Shown: one piece after another, positions 1 to 13,364 of the stretch | Layout: each line of letters begins with the position of its first letter | Position numbering within the stretch: position 1 is the first letter of the stretch | Source of the DNA: Octopus bimaculoides | Taxonomy: Eukaryota | Assembly (NCBI RefSeq): GCF_001194135.2 | Contig: NC_068990.1 | Span: 35,039,341-35,103,340, forward strand | Length of the DNA: 64,000 nucleotides | Direction of reading: 5' to 3' | The notes under the pieces: model-generated | What the model saw: only the letters and a program-made list of their open reading frames with translations | What the model was told of the DNA's origin: nothing | The model's database searches: none | Position numbers and translations under genes: made by a program

Positions 1-1269
1 CACACATTCACAACATAAATATGATTCCCCACCTCCAACACCAACATCACCACACACATTATTATGTATACAATTTTCGCTCCGCTTTATCCACTCCTCT
101 GCAATTCAATCTTACCATTCCCAAAACTGTTACACATTTATATTGAATGAGTCTCTAGAATTTCTCCATCTTTCTCTCTTTATTTCAATTTGAATGATTC
201 ACCAGGTCACATGTACTCTGGTTTCTGCTTCTTGCAAGCCTTGTAGTTGCATTTACACACTCAAGCGTTACATATATCTATAGATAACCTACGTGTGCAT
301 AAGCTCTTACAACTGCACAAACATATACAATCACTAATCTCGTAGTATATATACATAAAAAGAAATTAATTCTAGCGTATTGATATTTACCTCTGCATTT
401 TTGTAAATTAATAACAATTTATGGAAAAATTTGAAATACATAAAAAAAAAGAAAACTTTCATGCATAATTGATAAAGAAATGTATTTCAACTGGCAACCG
501 ATATTCTTATTGGGTTTACTTTACTACAATTGTACTGGTTTGCCATTCTGTTGTAGGTTTAGTTATTTATATTTTATTTGATTTTGTATCGGGAGTGGCG
601 AACAAAAGAGTCGTTGTTTACGAGAGAAAGAGAAAGAGAAGAACGAATAATAAAATCAAATCTCAGCTCTTACTACCCAAAGAAATAGCACAATAGTACA
701 TTTGTCTGGAGTTTAAATGATCTTGCTAAACGAGCGCTTTTGGGCCAGCGACAAGACAGAACTACTGTAGAGAAATAGTGTGATGAATTGGAGTTTTAAG
801 TTCGCAAAGTGGTCATTTTGTACATGGTATTCGATATAATAAGTGTAGTTATATTTAGCTTTAATACTAGCTAAAGGTTTTAATGATTTCGCAGTGAAAC
901 AAATCGTTTCGCAATTCTTATAGCTATAAAAAAATAAGAAAAATGTCTATAAAACTTAATTTAGAATTCCATATTGCAAATTTTAAAATTTCTAGTTTAA
1001 CTTCTCTTAGAGCGCATAAAACTTCACACACACACATACGCGCACATGCACGCACACACGCACACACACACACACACACACACATACACACACTGGGTTC
1101 TATCGGATTAAGTCCGATAGAACAACAAAGCACTTAAATGACTTGAGTGTCCCCATATATATATATATATATATATACATATTTAAAAGACTTGGGTACT
1201 CCTCTATATACATACATTATAGTCCATAGCGTATTTGAATATCAAAGAAAGGATATAAGTAATTGACCA

Positions 1270-2110
1270 TTCAATAAATTTTATTCAATGAAATAATTCC
1301 ATTATTATAAACAATCTTTGCATATCTATCAGGCAATTCAAATATTCCATCAGCATAAAATTGGGCTGGTTTTGAAGAAAAAGCGTTATCTAGATGCATT
1401 TTGACTCAATCTAAATCGTCAAATGTTTTTCCTTGCAATGAGTTCTGTAGAGACAAAAACAAGTGGTAGTCGGGTGGCGCAATATCAGGAGAATATATTG
1501 GATGGGGTAAGAGATCCCAGCCAAATTCATGTAACTTTGTTCGGGTAGCTAAAAAACACATGTGGTCGGGCATTGTCTTGTTGGCAATCTTCGGCCTCAA
1601 TTCTCTGATTATTTTGCTCAAGTTAGCCAAATGAAAGCAGTACGCATCAGAATTAATAGTCTAGTTTTGTGGGAGAAGCTCATGATAAATAATTCCTTTA
1701 TGATTCCACTAAACACCAAGCATAGTTTTTTGGCATGGATATTCGTCTTTGGTTGCGGTTTGGGGGAATCCTTACGAAAACTTCACTATTTTTGTTGCAC
1801 TACGTTTTCGTACACAATCCATTTTTCATCTCCGGTCACAAGTTGTTTCAAAAACGGCATACTTTCATTCCGTTTCAAAAGCATATCACGAACGGAATAA
1901 CAGTCCAAGCAATTATTTTCTGAGAGTTTGTGAGGGACCCATATATTATAGCGAGAAATGCATCCTCGCTACACTAGATGTTCATGAACCGTACCTTTAG
2001 AAACTTCCAGCTCCTCTGCAAGTTCCCTAGTCGTGATAGCTGAGCTTTCTTCGATTTTTGCTTTCAAAGGAAATCGTTTGATAGCTTACGGGTAGGACCA
2101 TAATGAATCA
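1270..2110 (-). mobile_element. Decayed mariner (Tc1/mariner) transposase
   Basis: Manual translation of the minus strand gives TRELAEELEVSKGTVHEHL (HTH), WVPHKL, LVTGDEKWIVYEN, QDNARPH and YSPDIAPPDYHLF, all mariner signature motifs, broken by stops and frameshifts. TIRs were not identified. Confidence 0.92.
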
Positions 2111-3899
2111 TAAATTGTTTGATTCCTACTTTATTAACGTTAACAAAGATTTTAGATATGATAATTATTTTATCGGCTTAGGAAGAAAAACGAATAATGA
2201 ACTTCATTGAAATTGGAACTCACATCATAAGGAGCTCCACATAATTACCAAGAGTATTTTGCCGCCGCTCTAATGAATCCATAAAATCGCATCAGAAGTG
2301 TCTTCAAATCGAGTTCACGATCCGGTTTCGATTTCAGCTGACATTACTTTATTCTTAAATGAACTTAATGTACCGTAATATATTCATTTCATCGTCTTCA
2401 CATTATAAAAGGCATTTATTTCTCATTAACGTTTTCTTATTAGCATATCATATAATGTGAATGATATATTCGGTTTTCTTTTATGGTATTATATCATTTT
2501 TTATCAGATACATTATATATTTATAAAAAAAATGAAGAACTAGATTGATATTTCTGTCATGTAAACCCAAGAAAATGGAGACAATGGTGAAAAGATAATA
2601 ACAAGTATAAAAGAGAAACTGAACAGAAAAACACAAAATACAATTCACCATTCTATTATTTTATACATATCATTGAAGATGAGAATTCGGACAACACTGC
2701 CTTTTGCTTTGATATATCTATAAATATATAAATATATAATTAACTAGTCAATACCAAACCTCTCTAGAACTTTACAGTTCCATGATTAAAAAAAAGGCAA
2801 ACAAGTATTAAAGACAAATGAAATAAATAAATAAATAATGCAACTCCGAAATTAAAGATAACACATAATATTCCTGGAATCAAAAGCAAATGCCATTATT
2901 TCCCAAACACGAAAGAAAATTGAAGTGAAAAAGAACAAGCAAAGAAACAAAGAATGGACCGAAGAAAGATAGAAAAGCAAAACAAAACAAAACCAGATTG
3001 TTCTTAATAAAACATGATCAAAATAGAAGGAAATATATACACGCAGAGGATAAGAAGAAAAACAACCACAACAACAATACATTCGTAATATGCTAAGTCG
3101 AAAATTGAAGAAAGATGCAATGATATTTCATGGAAACTGTAATTTTTTGATAGGATGACTCTAACTAACATCTTTCATATCTCATATATAACATTTCTAG
3201 TTTCCACTATCGCTGAAGATAGAAGAATAATAGAACTAGAAGAATGAAACGAGATCAAACTACGTTGTCACAGTGATAGTTGTGATTATAACATATTGAG
3301 AATAATCGAGAACAATGTATGCTCACTGATACATGCACTCACAGCTACGTACACACATATGCACATACAGGCACATGTAGTTACATTTTGCAAGAAAAAA
3401 ATGTATTGGAAATTATGTGGTTAAGTATTTCTGAAAGACAAGAGCCATACCGATGTAAGTCAAAAGATTAAATATTTTCACTTTAAATTTTCCTTCAAGC
3501 AAAAATTCTAAGAAACAGGTATTTCAAGCAAGCATACAATTAATACTTTCCAAAATAATTAAGATAAATCTATACACATATTCTGACCAAAATATTCAGA
3601 AAATGACAAAATACAAAGACAGGTAAAAAGTAACAAATGTTCCTACTATAATGATTTGTGTCTCGCCAAAACAAAATAGACACTAAAAGCAACAGGATCT
3701 GTAAAGCATTGATGTTCTCGATTATCCATTATTATATTTCATACAGTAAAATCGAAAATCATTCTTTAGATCCCATATTTCACCATATGCCATCGAGCGA
3801 ATGTGCAAAATTCAGTCAGAAGTTCAGAATAAGTCACAGAATAATACGGAACACTGGTGATTTATTATATAAACTTTTAATATAATTGTTCACACTTAA

Positions 3900-4080
3900 C
3901 GCGGTGAGCTAGCAGAATGGCTAGCATATCGGTAAAATGCTTAGCGGCATTTCGTTCGTCTTTATGTTACGAGTTCAAATCTCGCCGATGTGCATTTTGT
4001 TTATCCATTTTTTCGAGGATAGATGAAATAAATAACAGTTAAGAACTAAGTTCGTTATTATCGACTTGTCTCCTTCCCCG
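3900..4080 (+). mobile_element. tRNA-derived SINE, family B (degenerate)
   Basis: Head gcggtgagctagcagaat (A-box-like) and gagttcaaatc (B-box-like); body aligns by eye with copies at 39661, 50727, 51232, 53050 and 63221. Confidence 0.7.
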
Positions 4081-4608
4081 AGAGAGACTAGTTGAATCGA
4101 TTCTCACTGGTTAGGAATGGTGAGGTTGAAGGCTATTCATTAATTCCGAAACGAATGACGATTAATTCGTTAAGTGATACAATTCACGTGCATGTGGGCT
4201 GTATAGGTCCTTGTTGGGTAGAACCACCACGGACAATACATATGTTTCGTAGAACATGAGTATCATTTGGGATCGGGACGACTATCGATATGAACTGATC
4301 GACACTACATTTCACAGTTTAACCACAGTGTGATAGTTCTACGGCATGCAAATGTAATTGTATCATTAAGAGCCAAATTATATTTCGTTCATAAAACTAC
4401 TGAGTTCAAATCCTTACATATATTTAAAAAGAACAACAGCAAGCCAATTCAGTACCCTGCATTCAAATTCAGTATCATATTACCAATCATCAAAGCTAGT
4501 CACAATACTCTAAGTAGAATGTTGTACAAATTGGAGACTCCGTTTTGTGTTTTTTATATAATAATCTGTATCAGAAATGACTATGATTTAAGTGACACAT
4601 TTATATAT

Positions 4609-4652
<44 letters not shown>

Positions 4653-5870
4653 TTGTTTGTCTACAGACATGTATATACATGTATGTGTATGTGTAAGTGT
4701 GTATGCGCGCATGCGCGTGTGTAGTAATAATAAATTTCTTTGATTTATAGTAAAAAGTGACTTCGCATCAAAGGATAGTAAACGACACCTTGTGGTGATT
4801 GTGATCTTCATTTATTAATCATGCACAAACAGGAGACAAATGTGTTCAATGAATTCTCGTTATATGGGAACAGTTTAAAAAATAATTTATAAGATGTCGT
4901 TGAATGGGTCGTAACTACTCTCTGTTTGGTTATATTTCGAATGGCACCATATTAGGAATGACCTTGATCACATGTTTAGCATACTATCATTGACTGTTGC
5001 CTCGGGAAAATAACTGAAAACGGTGTTGAGATTAATCAGTGAGAATCAGGAATACAATTTCTGAAGCGTCTATAAAGATACGAATGATTCAAAGCAACGC
5101 CACCTATTCTGATATATACCAGATGTAGAAATAAAAGAAGCATAAACAAAGCTGCATTGATTGATGTATGTTTTATTAGAAACTATCATGTTTAGGGATC
5201 TAATCTCAGAAAGTAAACATGGTTGGGAGATATTTAGCGAAGAACACGGAAGTGCCAAGCTNNNNNNNNNNNNNNNNNNNNNNNNNNNNNNNNNNNNNNN
5301 NNNNNNNNNNNNNNNNNNNNNNNNNNNNNNNNNNNNNNNNNNNNNNNNNNNNNNNNNNNNNNNNNNNNNNNNNNNNNNNNNNNNNNNNNNNNNNNNNNNN
5401 NNNNNNNNNNNNNNNNNNNNNNNNNNNNNNNNNNNNNNNNNNNNNNNNNNNNNNNNNNNNNNNNNNNNNNNNNNNNNNNNNNNNNNNNNNNNNNNNNNNN
5501 NNNNNNNNNNNNNNNNNNNNNNNNNNNNNNNNNNNNNNNNNNNNNNNNNNNNNNNNNNNNNNNNNNNNNNNNNNNNNNNNNNNNNNNNNNNNNNNNNNNN
5601 NNNNNNNNNNNNNNNNNNNNNNNNNNNNNNNNNNNNNNNNNNNNNNNNNNNNNNNNNNNNNNNNNNNNNNNNNNNNNNNNNNNNNNNNNNNNNNNNNNNN
5701 NNNNNNNNNNNNNNNNNNNNNNNNNNNNNNNNNNNNNNNNNNNNNNNNNNNNNNNNNNNNNNNNNNNNNNNNNNNNNNNNNNNNNNNNNNNNNNNNNNNN
5801 NNNNNNNNNNNNNNNNNNNNNNNNNNNNNNNNNNNNNNNNNNNNNNNNNNNNNNNNNNNNNNNNNNNNNN

Positions 5871-6102
5871 CATATATACACACATACACGCTTGCATACA
5901 TTCATACATACATACATACATACATACATACATACATACATACATGCATGTATACACACATGCATTCATGCATGCATCCATGTATACATACAAGCATACA
6001 TACATGCGTGCATGCATGCATACATACATGCATACATACATGCATACATACATGCATACATACATGCATACATACATATATATATACATACATACATACA
6101 TG
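5871..6102. repeat. (TACA)n/(TGCA)n tetranucleotide microsatellite
   Basis: Directly visible tandem CATA/CATG units adjoining an N-gap. Confidence 0.95.
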
Positions 6103-6104
6103 TC

Positions 6105-6595
6105 GAAAGCCTGGGCATCAAACGTGGAAATGTTCTGACCACCACTGAAAACTCTCACATGAACAGCGACACGGAGAGTATCTATGTGAGAATAGAAAGC
6201 CAGACATAGTGTCAATTGAGAAAGAAAGCAAACGATGCTGACTCATAGATGTAGCATGCCCAGCTGACAACAAGGTATGCGAGAAGGAAGAAAGAAAATT
6301 CGGTAGATATGACAGGTTAGCTTGCGAGGTTAAGCAGTTGTGGACGCTGAAAAAGGTGGTAGTAGTACCAATAATTGTCAGAGACCTGAGATCAGTGAGT
6401 AAAAATCTTGAGAAGTATATGGAACAAATAAGGGTTGCAATAAGGTTGGAGCACTTGCTGAAAACAGCACTGCTTGGAACCGCTCGAATACTTCGAATAG
6501 TACTCGAAAAATAAAGGTTGTAACCTTAGTTCACTGGTGGTGAACAGCTCACACCGTAGTACATCTCCAGCCTTAGAAGCCGTGCAAATACAATA

Positions 6596-6640
<45 letters not shown>
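6105..6640 (+). mobile_element. 3' end of an R4/Dong-like RLE non-LTR retrotransposon with (AAT)n tail
   Basis: Reads RKPDIVSIEKESKRC*LIDVACPADNKVCEKEERKFGRYDRLACEVKQLW...KTALLGTARILRIVLEK*, a PD-(D/E)xK restriction-like endonuclease C-terminus, followed by a short 3' UTR and (AAT)n. Confidence 0.85.
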
Positions 6641-6650
6641 NNNNNNNNNN

Positions 6651-6840
6651 TGCACTACTAGGCATCGCACACATCCTACGCAAAACACTTTCAATACAGT
6701 AACCACAGGAGCATCACAGCAAACCACAACACATACCCAAGGCACACAGAACTGCGCTCGGTAGTGAAGTGAAGGCACGTTATAAAAATAAAACTACTGA
6801 ATGATAATAATAATAATAACAATAATAATAATAATAATAA
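6651..6840 (+). mobile_element. 3' terminal fragment of a second R4/Dong-like family with (AAT)n tail
   Basis: Encodes ALLGIAHILRKTLSIQ* plus 3' UTR; similar but not identical to 7070-7310. The 5' side is hidden by a 10-N gap. Confidence 0.8.
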
Positions 6841-7252
6841 TTTTCTAATTGATGTATCAATACCAGCAGATGACACCGTTTCTCTAAAAAAAATGGAAAA
6901 ACTTTCAAAATACAAAGACCTGGAAATAGAGATAACTCGAATGTGGAATCTAAAAACAGAAACAATTCCTATCATAGTAGGTGCCTTAGGTATAATAAAA
7001 AAATATTCAGACAAATACATAACAAAAATAGCAGGACTTACAAATATATATAACATACAGAAAATTGCACTACTGGGTACTGCACACATTCTACGCAAAA
7101 CACTTTCAATACAGTAAACATAAGAGCACCACAGCAAACCNNNNNNNNNNTACAGTAAACATAAGAGCACCACAGCAAACCACAGCACATACCCAAGGCG
7201 CACAGAGTTGCGCTCGGTAGTGAAGTGAAAGCACGTTATAAAAATAAAACTA

Positions 7253-7310
<58 letters not shown>
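6841..7310 (+). mobile_element. 5'-truncated R4/Dong-like RLE retrotransposon inserted in (AAT)n
   Basis: Open frame FLIDVSIPADDTVSLKKMEKLSKYKDLEIEITRMWNLKTETIPIIVGALG...LGTAHILRKTLSIQ* (ORF 6893-7117); begins directly after an (AAT)n run and ends in (AAT)n. Confidence 0.9.
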
Positions 7311-7314
<4 letters not shown>

Positions 7315-7475
7315 CAACAACAGAACAAACAGCATCATCATCATCATCATCACCATCATCATCATCATCTTCATCATCATTTTCGTCATCATCATCATCA
7401 TTTTCGTCATCATCATCATCATTTTCGTCATCATCATCATCATCAGCAGCAGCAGCAGAAACAACAACAACAACA
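7258..7475. repeat. Compound trinucleotide microsatellite (AAT)(AAC)(CAT)(CAG)(CAA)
   Basis: Directly visible; includes three ttttcgtcatcatcatcatca-type units. Confidence 0.95.
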
Positions 7476-8103
7476 TCGTATATTATTCTGATGACACCTT
7501 GTATAACTCTTGAAATCGTACAATTTGATTAAGAGAAAGCCCAGAAAATGGAAGTAAAAGACTAACAAAGATTTTAAATAACGAACAGACTCAATGACTG
7601 CGTAAAATTTTAGTTAACTGTTCTTTTAAAATAATCATGACATTACGTATGATATACGAAAGGGGTAGAAGGGTGTCATTTTAAGTGATTGCTACTGGTT
7701 GATTCGCGTTTTAAATATAATACCATATCTTACTCTTATATAGTAGAAAATATTAAAACCGACAGTTTTTAAATGAAATACGTGAGTTATTGAATTCGAA
7801 AATATTGAAAGGAACTTTGAATGAAGACAAACGAGGTAAAATCAAAGCAGAAATATATATTAGAATTATGAATAATTGAAATACTAAAAACGGACAAGAA
7901 AAGGATACACACGTACACACACACACACACACAAACACGCACAAACACACACACACACACAGGAACTCACACACCCACGCACGCACTCACAGAAGCACTC
8001 ATGCACCTGCGCACACACAGAAGCACTCACGCACCTGCGCACACACAGAGTAAGTGTGTGTCTTAAACATCGTTCATTCCTTTATCTGATATATATATAT
8101 CTA

Positions 8104-8142
<39 letters not shown>

Positions 8143-9540
8143 NNNNNNNNNNNNNNNNNNNNNNNNNNNNNNNNNNNNNNNNNNNATATATATATATATA
8201 TATACACTCACCACACACAAACGCACAACACCCACACGCAGACACATACAACTACACTCACACCCTCACACATATATATGCGTCTGTGTATTTATGTACA
8301 TCTTCAACCCCGTAAAAGGAGTCGTATTAAATAAGCAAAGAATTCGAAATAAAGGGAAATGTCATCGAAAGAAGGTAAATCTAAATATGAAAGGAATCAA
8401 AAGGACGAAAAATTCTAATGAAATACATAACTAAAAGAGACACAAAAGAACTGTAGATAAATATTTCTAAAACATAAACTGATAAAAGAGACGGAGTCTG
8501 TGAAGGAATTTAAGCGAAAACAATATATTGAAAGGTATTTCGCCTAAATGATTTCGCCTAAATGATTTCGCCAAAGATAATTTCAATAACGTTAACTAAG
8601 AAATGTATTCATAGTGAGACGAACAAGCAATGGCTTCTCCACTCTGACAGAATATTTCAGTGTTCTATATGAGTAACGTTGATTGCGTTACTGATTTCAT
8701 TTGATGAAAGTTACGGGAAAGCTATATACTGTTATTGAAACCTACAGTTTACACCAGGTACTTGTATGGCATACCAGATGGAAGTGATGAAATTAATGAT
8801 AGATTGAGAAAATAATTCCACGCACTACCTTAACTACATAAAACTTGTAAGCAATTCAGCAAGCCCATTTTTTATATAGAAAAGTACAAATACGAAACAA
8901 TTAATATATTATTTATGTGTATACAGAAATAGTAATAACTACATTTATAGTCATGGACACAGAGAATATTCGTAGGAACATAAAGCAGCAATAACAAAAT
9001 CGTTCTAAAGAAGAGTCTTTAGATTGTCTGCCACCAAAGCAGTAGTGCATAAAGAAATTAATACGATAAAACAAACTGTAGAAAATAAAAGTTACTTAAA
9101 TATATTAGAAAGCAAAATTACACAATAAAGAATCTAAGTTAACACAATAAATATTGCAGACAAAGCACTCACTAAAAAGGGGGGAAAATAAAAAGCTAAA
9201 TTATATTATATAAACAAATGCAACCAGACTATACAATTCTTGAATACGTTATCAAAAGATTTATTAAACAGAACACAACAAACAGGGAACCAAATATTTT
9301 CATTGATATTATATTACAGGAATACGAAAATTAATAATCTCTGCATCAAGAACCAGCCGCAATTCCTAGGCGGGGAATAAAGCCCATATGATCATGTACT
9401 TTATAAATTTAAACGTAATGTTAGATAATGTAAGACCAAAACAAAATGTACTTATGAAATCACAGACAGGATGTTTCCCGTCTGGAAACATTTTGATTCT
9501 AAATTTGATTAATTGGACATCAGTTGAGGTTAAACATCTC

Positions 9541-9717
9541 GTTCATACATACATACATACATATATACAAACTTACATACATACATATACATACATACAC
9601 ACATACATTCGTACACACGTACGTACATACATATACACAAACATACAAACATATATACATACATACGTACATACATACATACATGCATGCATACATACAT
9701 AAATGCATACATACATA
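9541..9717. repeat. (TACA)n microsatellite
   Basis: Directly visible degenerate CATA repeats. Confidence 0.95.
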
Positions 9718-12050
9718 TGGAAGCAACCTAGATGGAAAACAAAACTTGAAGAATATATTAGCAAACTACGCCGCTGTTTTGGATGGTTAACCAATTATAC
9801 CTTATGCAAAATTTAGCAAAATTCTACGGTGACTCTTCACAAAAATCTTGTGATGGAAAACTAATTACTATGAGGCACAAACTGAGGACTGTGAGCAGAA
9901 AAAAAAACATAGCTACCGTAGAAAACATTTTGGGCGAACAAGTATAAATCACAAGTTTGTTTCTGACACAGGAGAAAGGAGGAAGAAAAATATTACCGTT
10001 GAAAAAGCCTCCTTCTCAAAAAGATCTTGAATAATTCTGGTCTGAGATCTGGAATGAAAAAAAAAAGATTAAAAAAAAAAGATCTGAAAGTAAACTTGTT
10101 ACTTTAATCTCTACAGATATTCCATAGAAATTTTAATTCTGTTACGACGTTTCGTATTCGAGACGTCAGCTGTATACAAACAATGAAATCGAAGATTAGA
10201 AAAGTATATCCTACCAACATCAAGAGTAAAACATGTAGAATTGAGTCCGAAACTCTCACTATAGCTGTAGTTATACTGCATAATGGACAGGTGGCTGGAA
10301 TAGATATAATTGCTGGATATGTGTACAAGTAGTCCACATTTTACAGAATGCCTTTAACATGTATATTCAAAATGATTATTGAATGCCAGATTGACACACC
10401 AAATTGACTTGCTACAGTAGCCAATAATGAAGCCACCAAACCATCAGAAAATTATAGGCATATTGCTTGCCTAAACATTATGCAGAAATTGTTCCCATGT
10501 TGTCTTAACCAATTCCTTCAGGATCAGTGTGTTCCCAACAACAGTGATAGCTGAGCATGCAGCTGGAAAGGAGGGATTGTGGGGATGTGCAAAACAAAAT
10601 TTGATGAACAAAGCTGTACTCTCGGTAGTAATAAATCACCACAGAGATTTTGTAACATTACAGCTTGATTATAGGAAAGCATTCAGCTCTATTCCCCACT
10701 TATGTCTGCCTAAGTCTCTTCACTTGACAAAAGTACCTACAATTGAAAGGCTTACAAAGACCCGTGCAACAATCCTCCTACATAACTGAGAGCAGACGAT
10801 CGTCTTAGCTGACATAGAAATGGAACTGATCAAAAGAAATGTTTATGTTTGATCATTCAAGCCCCCACCCCGATACGCAAATCTGTGCATCAACGCTCTT
10901 TCTGTATCTCCTTTACCACACAAAGAATACTACAGCAATCTTGGCATTAATGGAAACATAAATGAAGGTGCTGTGAAGAAAGATAGAATGACCTAAGAAT
11001 ATTATAGCACACTGAATAATATGGAAATGAAAGCTATTCTTTTACAGTGCGGACATCAACGCTTGAGAAAGATGACTTGTCTGTAGAAAGAATCCACTCT
11101 ATACAAATTAATAGCCACAAGGTTCTGATACCAACTGAAACTTTCACAGAAACAGTGATGTCGACATGCTCTACCTAACAAGTGATGAAACATGCAATGA
11201 TTTAAGATCAGTGAAGAGAGCTTTTGAATGTCGTATTGTCTTTCTCACACACCTTCTAAACAACAGAGGCAAAAATATATACATAAGTCTAGTGCTAAAA
11301 AATGAAGAATAAAACATTGTACGTATCGACAATGAGTTCCTCCGGAAGCACTCTGTCATTGACGACCCACCATACAACTCCAAAACTACTGGACTAACAT
11401 AGCCCAAAGAAGGCCAAGCTTGGGAACATTCAACATGCTAAAATTGATAAATAAAATAAAACAAAACCAAATAAACAAACACTATAAATAGTATATTTTC
11501 GAAAGAGATGGCATGAAGTTCATCCTCTCTCGAACTCTACACCACACCATCACATCACATTTCGAAGGCTTTGCATTTGCAACCCGAAAACAAGAAATTG
11601 ATACAAATACCTACTAAAAAGAAAAATAGACGGTAAAGCTCTTCATGCCTCAAGATGCCATCAAATATATAAATAAGGTCATAATCCTGTGGAAGACATT
11701 ACACAAAGGATTAGCAGCTGCCCAAAAGTCATTATGACACTACCATCTAATGCAATATGGTGTTGTCATTAAAACGATATACAATATAATCCGAATAAAA
11801 TGACTATCCTGAAATAATTAGAGAACCTCCTCACTGTTATTGAATATACACATAAAAAACAAACAACACAAAGAATATTGTTGAAATGTTTTCATTAAAA
11901 CTACAATCAAGCGTAAATATAACAGACTGGATATTTGTTTTGGACAAAAGAAAAAGTATTTACATACCATCATAGAGATCAGCTGCCTAGATGATGTGAA
12001 TATCTCGTCAAAAATCAAAGATGCTTAGCCAGAGACAGTTCTCTTAAAAT
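9718..12050 (+). mobile_element. Heavily decayed R4/Dong-like RLE non-LTR retrotransposon (N-terminal region, RT, Zn-knuckle, RLE remnants)
   Basis: Fragments in order: KQPRWKTKLEEYISKLRR; KKPPSQKDLE*FWSEIWNE; PSENYRHIACLNIMQKL; GCAKQNLMNKAVL...LDYRKAFSSIPH (RT motifs); YYSNLGINGNI...EYY (thumb); FEGFAFA; EDITQRISSCPK; YNRLDI...IEISCLDDVNI (RLE). Confidence 0.85.
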
Positions 12051-12839
12051 CATAACACACCTGACTTTATTTCCAGCACGATATTTAAGAACGTATTTAA
12101 TGTTTCGTTTTTTTAAAGCAGGAGGTTTTTAAAGCAATTGGCTCTTCTTTCAAAGAAGTTCCTCATATTAGCTTTCTGGCGTTTGTGTTGGGGTTACTTT
12201 TGCTGGTGACGATAGTGATGTGATGAGAGAATTAATGATGGTTTTCTTACTGCTATAATGATAACAGTGGTGTTTATTTATGTTTGTATTGGTGATGTTA
12301 TTGTTAACGTTCGTGATTAAATGACAATAAAGGGGAGAAGAGAGGAGAAAGAGAAAAAAGTGGGGTAAAGATTGTTCTGGAAATAGTGTTGGGATGATGG
12401 TGTTGGTAGTGATGGTTGCGGTGTTGGTGAAACTGCAATGGGGAGCATAGCAATATTACATTGACAGCCATGCCCATACACAAAGTAATATCAATGTATT
12501 AGTTAAATGCAAATATGAAATATAGATATAAACATGAAAATAAAAATAAATGTTATATTTATATTTTAAAATATAATTGAACTGCATATTAACATAACCC
12601 GACACTTCAAAGTAATCCGTTCATAAAATGTTTCAAATTTAATGTGATTCAAGAATAATTACAAATAATGAATATAATGTACTTGTAATATACATATTTT
12701 GAATATTAAATGAGCATAAATGTGTAAAATAATGTAAAGATAATCACTACGCTATTACACAATTGGGAGTTGGGAGTTCGACATTTTGTAGCTATTAACC
12801 CTCAACCTTTACGTTCTCATTTACCTTTCAGTTCAGAAT

Positions 12840-13364
12840 CTAAAATCTTGGTTTAATCCGTTCATTCACATAAAGCAATTCACCTCCAAGTACATTATAT
12901 TGAACTTTCCGAATTCTATTAGAGTATATTTCTACGCTCACACTTCTACAATCCTCGAATTTTTGGAGGGAATCTTGTTGGAGACGCCATGAACTATGAC
13001 TGAACATTTATCAAATCATTTAAGTTAAAAAATATATCAAAGATTGGTCTTGATATTACATCGCTTTCAATGTCGTTCTCAGTGTCTTCAATGTAACCAG
13101 GTTGTAAAATAATTTCTTTACAATATTCCATTATCTTATGATAAGTTTAGATAATTTATATCTAACATTCCAAGCTTCTAATTCTTCAAATACTCGATAA
13201 AAATCTGTTTTTCCTACAAAATCCTCAATTGTAATTTGGGTAATTCTGGAAGCATTTAAGAAATTATATTTAGTTGATATGCCTAGGACATGCATAAATT
13301 CCCGATTTAGCACTCTCACTTGGCCATCAAGTGCCTTTATTGGTGCCTGACTAGTTGGAATCAT
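12840..13364 (-). pseudogene. Unidentified decayed coding sequence
   Basis: 77-aa ORF 13131-13364 continues after apparent frameshifts as HKIMEYCKEIILQPGYIEDTENDIESDVISRPIFDIFFNLNDLI and FEDCRSVSVEIYSNRIRKVQYNVLGGELLYVNERIKPRF*. Non-repetitive and protein-like; family not recognised. Confidence 0.4.

Noticed and set aside
3211-3260. CTGAAGA-TAG...CTA-GAAG...GAAAC hammerhead-like string
   Set aside because: Spacing and GAAA box are wrong, with no stem III/NUH and no PLE context.
7110-7181. 31-bp exact duplication (tacagtaaacataagagcaccacagcaaacc) on both sides of a 10-N gap
   Set aside because: Typical overlapping contig ends (negative gap), not a biological duplication or TSD.
7986-8049. 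About 2.3 copies of a 28-bp unit, superficially repeat-spacer-like
   Set aside because: No unique spacers and derived from CA-rich microsatellite; not CRISPR.
8538-8575. atttcgcctaaatg repeated about three times
   Set aside because: Short local tandem with no partner end or further structure.
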